Below, in pieces: positions 52,685 through 58,110 of a stretch of DNA of 58,110 bases. Position 1 is the first letter of the stretch. Each line of letters begins with the position of its first letter. This DNA is from Catajapyx aquilonaris (Eukaryota), in the NCBI GenBank assembly GCA_000934665.2, contig JYFJ02002384.1, forward strand, positions 1 to 58,110, read 5' to 3'. The notes under the pieces are model-generated. The model saw only the letters and a list, made by a program, of their open reading frames with translations, was not told the origin of the DNA and made no database searches. Made by a program: the position numbers and the translations under genes.

Positions 52685-53520
52685 GTTTCCACATGGGAGA
52701 ATCCCATCTTACTTAGAGATTGTACCCGGAACCTCAGAAGTGGACAAATGTAACGTTTGCAACTACAACCATCCTCTTCTGTGAGCCAATGCGAACAGAA
52801 TATAAATGAAAAGTCGCAATGGGCATATCAATAATCTTACGGCCATGCAACTGGAATAGTCATTCTGCCAGCTTACAGATACATGCACTGCACATATTCT
52901 TTTCTAGTCTTCATCATCATTAATTTTCTCTGCAACAGATAAGTCATAGGAAGGGCTTTCATAACAATTCCAATCTCTTTCACCTCCTTCATGCTAATTT
53001 CAGTGAGTTCAGACCAATCCTTTTTACCCCACATAAGACCTAGTCACTTCTTACTATATAATATCCTATCATCATAATATCCTACCTACACAGCATTGAA
53101 ATTCATATCACCTGGATAGGGGTAGCGGTTTTACTGCATGACACGCCCTCAGAATTTGAAGAAGTATTTCAGGAATAAAATAAAAGCCCTCTTTCCCATG
53201 AATCGTATACACTAGGCATATAAGGTGGTCAAAAGCAAATGTGTTAAGTGAATTACTGCCTCTCTCTTTCACCCGATATGTGGGCTACTACTACAATCTA
53301 ATTTCTTACCATCTGAAAACGGCAGAGCTCCTTCCATCTAGTGTGAATTAAAGGAAAGGGTTGGGCTGAGCGATGGAACAAACTTGGGACATTTGGCACT
53401 CCTTTCACATGCAAATGGGAGTGCACTAATGCACTGACATTTAGACATTGGACCTTTTCACCTTGCCGACATTTGCAGCAGAAAAGGCTTTAATAATCTG
53501 TGGTAGTGTGATAATATAAC

Positions 53521-53766
53521 GTTGTTGATCTGACAAAAGGACGAATTCAACATTTTCATAATTTCACACGAGAGCCAAAAGAAACCTGCAAACAGCTATA
53601 CAAATACATAGGTTGGCGTTTTGATTTTCCGTTATTATTCTGATGCCACTTGTCTAATGGGTTCACCGTTTCGTCATAATGTGACACAATACGTGATGGT
53701 GCTGAAAGGGGCCATAATCTGATTTTAGCAAAAAATTTGAATTCGTCCTTTTGTCATATTAACAAC
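53521..53766. mobile_element. MITE-like element with 30-bp inverted repeats, just downstream of the MADF-BESS stop codon
   Basis: gttgttgatctgacaaaaggacgaattcaa (53521-53550) and ttgaattcgtccttttgtcatattaacaac (53737-53766) are 28/30 complementary. Superfamily not assignable. Confidence 0.7.
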
Positions 53767-53876
53767 AATGATTGGTGATATAATGTATGTAATGATTGTG
53801 TAAGGCACGTACTGTACTTCTGAGCTTGAAATGGTCATAACAGCACTTCAAACTCCAGAATTTTCCAATCGACTCA

Positions 53877-53882
53877 TTTATT
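53877..53882 (-). terminator. Candidate polyadenylation signal AATAAA overlapping the stop codon
   Basis: The minus strand reads ATG GAA TAA A, which contains AATAAA. Whether it is used cannot be shown from sequence. Confidence 0.35.
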
Positions 53883-54016
53883 CCATGTCAATGTAGCGAT
53901 TGGTCACAGCCAAAATTTCCATTCTGCAGGTCCTCAAATGTTTCTTTGGCACTTCTTGAAGCAGCTCATCCAAGAAGTTGACAAAGTTTGACCTCTTCTC
54001 AGCCACAAGCGGTCTA
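53878..54016 (-). CDS. MADF-BESS gene coding exon 5 (BESS-like motif, stop)
   Basis: Acceptor tattgcacag|T, then (S)RPLVAEKRSNFVNFLDELLQEVPKKHLRTCRMEILAVTNRYIDME and TAA at 53880-53878. Confidence 0.82.
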
Positions 54017-57000
54017 CTGTGCAATATAAATTCATTAGTATCAATTAACTACGACCAGGTTGCACCACAAAGTAGATTTTAGTCCATGGATCCAATGAAT
54101 GGTAACAATTATTGACACCATCCCCTAATTCCTTTATGACCTCCCTGCAGTGGTGCAACCCGCGTAATATTCAAATTTACCAATATTCTCGACAACGCCT
54201 TACCTGATAACATCTGCAACTTGGAAATTATCAGTTGCATTACCCTGACCCTCACTGGATGCTTCCTTCCGGCGTTTGTAGGGTGTAAGAGTGACAGGAG
54301 GTGTTGAATTGTCAGATGTGGAGCAGGAAGGGGACGCTGCACCAGAAAGAGGATTTGGAGAATGGTCAATGGATGATGTAGGGAGTGTAAGTGTAATAGG
54401 ATATTCAAACTGAAGCTCAGGTACTGACTCAATGTCATTCTCCACTTTGAAGCAGGCACGACCCTGAATATAGAACACAAGGTTATCTTCCACATTTTTA
54501 AATACCTGGCTCTGTTGACAAAATTAATATTAAATTAATTACCTCATCAACATCCAACAATGATTCTTGAGTGATCAACTGAGTGTTACAGCTGACAATT
54601 TCTATTCTTGACTCACTTGCAGAACTGTTTGAACTGAAAGTAATGGTTTTAATCATTGCGGATGCTGAATGGCGTAATAATTTCCTTTATGAAAATAGTA
54701 TATCATTTGCAACTTAGTTTTACAAAATCAAAAAGAATAAAATTTTCTTTGCTCCTGCAGATGACTTTGGAGCAAAAATTGTTAAAAATTCGCACACTCC
54801 TATTTAAAACAAATTACTGTAGCTTCTCCACAATCTACTTTTCCAGGAAAGGTAATGTCAAGTCAACTATTCATGCAGCCACTTCAAAAAAAACAAAAAA
54901 ACTTCATTGAGAAGCAGTATAACTTTGGAAAATATGTCCATACACTGGTCAAAAGGGATGCTTATTTTAACCTGTTAACCCTAATTAGACTGACAGTTTT
55001 TGCAAGAATCTGCAAAAAAATTGCTTGTGTTGTCATTTGAGGTACTAATCTAGTCAGTAACATCATGTAGCGTCTAGGCTTGATCCTGAGGTCACCTATG
55101 AGACCCTCTTGCCATACCATACGGAAATTTAAATTCTTAAAGTTTCAACAGATGCCGCAGGAATGCGTTTCACGCCTACGTGTTTTTTTTCTCCAACATT
55201 TTGTCACTCCTGCGCTGACAAGCAGTACATGTGTATGTAGCCCCGGCGCTGCTGAACAGACCAGTATGCATCAATAATATGTCACAGGACAGGCATCCCA
55301 GCTAGAGAGACAAACATACACCCCCCCACCCGAGTGGAAACCTGGATCGCTCCACAGCCGTTCAAATTTTTTACACGAGAGAAAATTTAAAAAGCCACAG
55401 AGAAACCACGTTACATGGTCGGAAAATGCTATAGTTTCGCCAGCAGAATTTTTCAAAGTCGCCGTTACATATATGTAGCGCCCGTCCTATTAAGGTTAAA
55501 TACCACAAGGACTTTGCATGTTCCTAAAGAGGGGAAATTATTTTCTGTGTGGGCGGGTACAAACCTATCAAAGAACTAAGAAGTTTGCTTTTTAGCCTAA
55601 GGCTGAGTGTTTGGAAGTGTGATATGGTCAATATTGCCAATATCATTGAAGTGCAGGATTTTCCTTCACGTTTCCCCCCAACACAAAAATGTCTGGACCT
55701 CTATTGTGCAGTCCCAGTGTAAAGTATTCCATGTACACACAAAAAGCAAGCGGAGCGAAGTCGTCGCCTAGCGAAGTAACCAATATTGTTTGAGGTGAAA
55801 GTAACAATTGATTTTCACCTCAAGCAATACTGGTTACTCAGCCTTGTTATCGTTCAGCGATGACATGCGCAATCAAATCGCTCACATGTAATCGGCTCTT
55901 AACTATTGCATGCATTCCTGAAAAGTGCCAACTTCCAGCATTCTCTACATTATGCCATTATCGGTTAAAATGGTCTGGACAGTAGCTTATTGAGATATTG
56001 ACACACAACCACCACAGTCACCTCGGCCAATGTTGCATACAATGCGCAAAGACATCTCAGCTTGCAGCTACAAAAAAAAAAGCTGCCTAATTTTTGGGAT
56101 TAAAGCAACAATCAAGGATGGATGCAAAAATCTGATAATAATGTTTCATAATATATGAATTTCTCTACACAGGGTTGTCAGGCGAGGAAAAGCCACTGCT
56201 ATAGGTAGGCCACGTGGGTAGCACGTTTTCCAGTACCCAATGTTGTTGTGTGTTAGACAGACTTGGAGCTATGACCACATTATATGCTATTAACAATATT
56301 ATGGGGTCTGTACTGAATTGATTTACAATTTTTTTTGCCATAACGCAGGGTCTGTACAGGTCAGCTGATAGGTGCCCATTATCAACATAATCCTCCTAGA
56401 GCCAAATGGTCCAGTGCCAAGGATGTGGCAGCCTCTCCAGGCGCTTCAGGAACCACATTTTGTAAGTGTGGCGCACACACTCCTGGACAACTGCCCGCAT
56501 TTCAACAATGTCCCCAAAATGGCATCAGCAAAGGTTTTTTTTTTTTCATGTTTTAGGATCACGAAGGACATCATTCCATGTCTACTGGCTGGAACTAGTC
56601 ACTACCATCAACAGCCCCTACCCCTGGTGACCTACATAGCTGGTGGTGCACCATCGAGAAGAAGTGGCCAGGGGAGGTGTGCTCTCACAGCATGACAACA
56701 CGCAGCCCTCCAAATAAGTCAGGAAACGATGGCTGAGTTTGAGTTCCAAGTGTGGTACTCCCCCGATCTGGCCCCCTGTATCTTTCACCTGTTCAGAGCC
56801 ATGAAAAAAACCCTTTAAAGGGTCATTGTTGAACTGTGATCAGTTGTCCGTGAGTGGTTGCGCCGTACCACCAAAAAAGTGGTTTCTGGAGGGCCAGGAG
56901 AGGTGTGGCGCCAGTGCAGTCAGCTCCAGGGGGATTTCTATTAAAAATGCGTGCCTATCTGCCAACCTGTATTTACGGCAAAAATAACTCAATAGTGAAA

Positions 57001-57713
57001 TCAATTTAGTACGGCCCTCGTATGTATGCCTGTCAGCGAACGGAGTCTGCATATTCCGCAATTCCTGAGTATTCATGGAACCAGTATGTTGTTGCAAATA
57101 AGCTGTTTGTAAATGGCAATGGAAGTGCAGGATTCACTTTTACAATTTCCCCCACGTCCTATAAACACACATTTTGATTAGCGCATGGACATGTCTTCCG
57201 ATATGCTGCTTTTTGACTTATTTTGCGGCAAGGTGGCATTTTTATTTCCAGTATGACCACGGCGTATTGACTCACAATCCGCAGTTCTTTTCCGATCCAC
57301 CCCGTAAGAACATCATGCTGTTGTAGTAACGCCACGTCACAGGTCGAGCATCATCCATCCCCACGACACATCTAGCCTGGCTGTCGCACACCTTCACGCG
57401 GAACACATCCACCAGATTCTTCCATATCCTTTTGCATTCCGTATCTGTAAACAATGGAGTGTCACATCGTACAGCAAAATGTCTTTCATTACAAGGCTCT
57501 TTTACCCGGCCTTCCAAGCAGGCTTCCAACCTCTCCCCAGAGCCCCTGGATGACCCCCTTGTGCTTGTGCTGCCTGTCGGTCTTGTCCCATATGGGCGGC
57601 CGCTCCCTCACCGCCTGGATGAGGGCCTCCCTTAAGGCCACATGCTCTGCCCTGGCCTCTGCCCTCGCCTGCTTCTGCACCGCCTTCTGCCCACTACTCA
57701 ACGGAGGAGACAT
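53878..57713 (-). CDS. MADF-BESS family transcription factor (Adf-1/Dip3-like architecture), 5 coding exons, 288 aa
   Basis: Exons 57713-57506, 57444-57276, 54633-54543, 54463-54204 and 54016-53878 (208+169+91+260+139 = 867 nt) join in frame across GT-AG introns of 61, 2642, 79 and 187 nt (phases 1, 2, 0, 2). The N-terminus has the MADF tryptophan pattern: LIQAVRERPPIWD...LWGEVGSLLG...ECKRIWKNLVD...WRYYNSMMFL. A Ser/Pro/Thr-rich linker carries the NLS-like PYKRRK. The C-terminus is a BESS-like amphipathic segment, FVNFLDELLQEVPKKHLRTCRMEILAVT. Extra exons inside intron 2 cannot be excluded. Confidence 0.88.
54050..54166. mobile_element. Short MITE (possibly PIF/Harbinger-like) inside intron 4
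   Basis: Perfect 11-bp inverted repeat GGTTGCACCAC (54058-54068) / GTGGTGCAACC (54150-54160), with outer tacg...cgta. Related ends occur at ~24032 and ~33790. Confidence 0.55.
54204..54463 (-). CDS. MADF-BESS gene coding exon 4 (low-complexity linker with NLS-like motif)
   Basis: Acceptor ttctatattcag|GGT, then GRACFKVENDIES...TPYKRRKEASS...VADVI, then donor AG|GTAAGG. Confidence 0.82.
54543..54633 (-). CDS. MADF-BESS gene coding exon 3
   Basis: Acceptor tactttcag|T, then (F)SNSSASESRIEIVSCNTQLITQESLLDVDE, then donor GAG|GTAATT. It bridges phase 2 to phase 0 exactly. Confidence 0.75.
55775..55838. repeat. 26-bp stem hairpin with 12-nt loop in intron 2
   Basis: agtaaccaatattgtttgaggtgaaa / tttcacctcaagcaatactggttact: 24/26 Watson-Crick pairs, plus one G:U on either strand. 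Confidence 0.85.
56300..57022 (+). mobile_element. Degenerate non-autonomous mariner derivative with long inverted arms, in intron 2
   Basis: TA-flanked ends: tatggggtctgtactgaattgattt versus the reverse complement of the right end, tacgagggccgtactaaattgattt. Internal broken transposase motifs: F*DHEG..VYWLE..TTINSPY, KKWPG..VLSQHDNTQP (HDN at 56691-56699) and YSPDLAPCIFHLFRAMKK (56756-56809). Confidence 0.88.
57276..57444 (-). CDS. MADF-BESS gene coding exon 2 (second half of MADF)
   Basis: Acceptor ttgtttacag|AT, then (D)TECKRIWKNLVDVF...WRYYNSMMFLRGGSEKNCG, then donor TT|GTGAGT. Confidence 0.9.
57506..57713 (-). CDS. MADF-BESS gene coding exon 1 (start codon, first half of MADF)
   Basis: gacgATG (A at -3) begins MSPPLSSGQK...LIQAVRERPPIWDKTDRQHKHKGVIQGLWGEVGSLLGRP. 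Donor G|GTAAAA at 57505. Confidence 0.88.
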
Positions 57714-57753
57714 CGTCAATGATGGAAAAATGTCACCAAAAAATATTCTCCAT

Positions 57754-57810
57754 GCAAAAAAAAAGATGGCCGCCACTTGCACCCTGATTGGTTCAACCAG
57801 ATCACGTGGT
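57754..57810 (-). promoter_or_regulatory. Proximal promoter of the MADF-BESS gene: E-box, CCAAT box and YY1/Pho motif
   Basis: On the minus strand: CACGTG (57808-57803), 11 nt, CCAAT (57791-57787), then GGCGGCCATCTT (~57774-57763), all within 100 nt of the ATG. No obvious TATA box. Confidence 0.65.
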
Positions 57811-58014
57811 TTTGATCCTAGCATCGCTCTTTTCGTAAATAGCGTTTGAAAAAAACGAGCGATTTTTTTTATTAAAATAAATCGCTTTTCTCTCAGTTAT
57901 ATTTCTCTCTTCAATTGTGGATTCAGAGTCCTCTTGAAATGGGGAAGGTCACCTCAGAGGTCATAATTGACAGATGGAAACAAATGATGCTGCTGATGAA
58001 CACTGCTTTTATTA

Positions 58015-58110
58015 TACAGGGTGTTTATTGTAACTCTGCAAAGACTTTCAGGGGTAATAGAGGGGACCAAGACAAGTATTTTTGACATAGGAACCCGTGT
58101 CCGGAAACGC
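58015..58110. mobile_element. Terminus of an IS630-Tc1-mariner element running off the window
   Basis: TA followed by CAGGGTGTTT..., then ACTTTCAGGGG...GTGTCCGGAAACG, a terminal pattern I recognise from arthropod Tc1/mariner-superfamily elements. Confidence 0.7.

Noticed and set aside
53304..53320. Minus-strand ttttcag|ATG|gtaaga, a possible 3-nt microexon or exon end
   Set aside because: No partner exons were found and it lies downstream of the modelled stop. Unsupported without RNA data.
55648..57134. 13-mer GAAGTGCAGGATT repeated at 55648 and 57122 in intron 2
   Set aside because: Weak similarity continues beyond the 13-mer, suggesting two decayed copies of a repeat rather than a TSD. 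Too little evidence to define an element.
57454..57849. Plus-strand 131-aa ORF antisense to MADF exon 1
   Set aside because: A shadow ORF of GC-rich coding sequence with no independent support.
1..58110. CRISPR arrays, operons, defence systems, viral or retroviral ORFs
   Set aside because: I saw no regularly spaced repeats, no long ORFs, and no intact RT, integrase or capsid motifs.

Overview
Eukaryotic, most likely arthropod, genomic DNA (inferred from spliceosomal introns, a MADF-BESS gene, an arthropod-type tRNA SINE and mariner/Helitron remnants). I see no prokaryotic operons, CRISPR arrays, rRNA or intact tRNA. The only gene I can support is a five-exon, minus-strand MADF (Myb/SANT-like) plus BESS-like transcription factor (CDS 57713..53878, 288 aa). 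The ORF track shows it only in pieces, but all four GT-AG introns join in phase. It has a compact E-box/CCAAT/YY1 promoter and sits in a CpG-poor, TE-dense domain (~51.2-57.1 kb). That domain holds a fold-back mariner derivative, a SINE with a 15-bp TSD, several MITEs and a pre-miRNA-like hairpin. The first ~51 kb has no credible coding sequence. It retains CpG, is sprinkled with decayed DNA-transposon ends and one complete non-autonomous Helitron, and has GC-richer islands dense in TF-like motifs (kappaB, ETS/STAT, DR1, Pho/YY1 plus GAGA, CTCF). It reads like a regulatory desert or very large intron of a gene outside the window. I found no clearly novel multi-gene system. All motif counts were made by eye and need computational confirmation.
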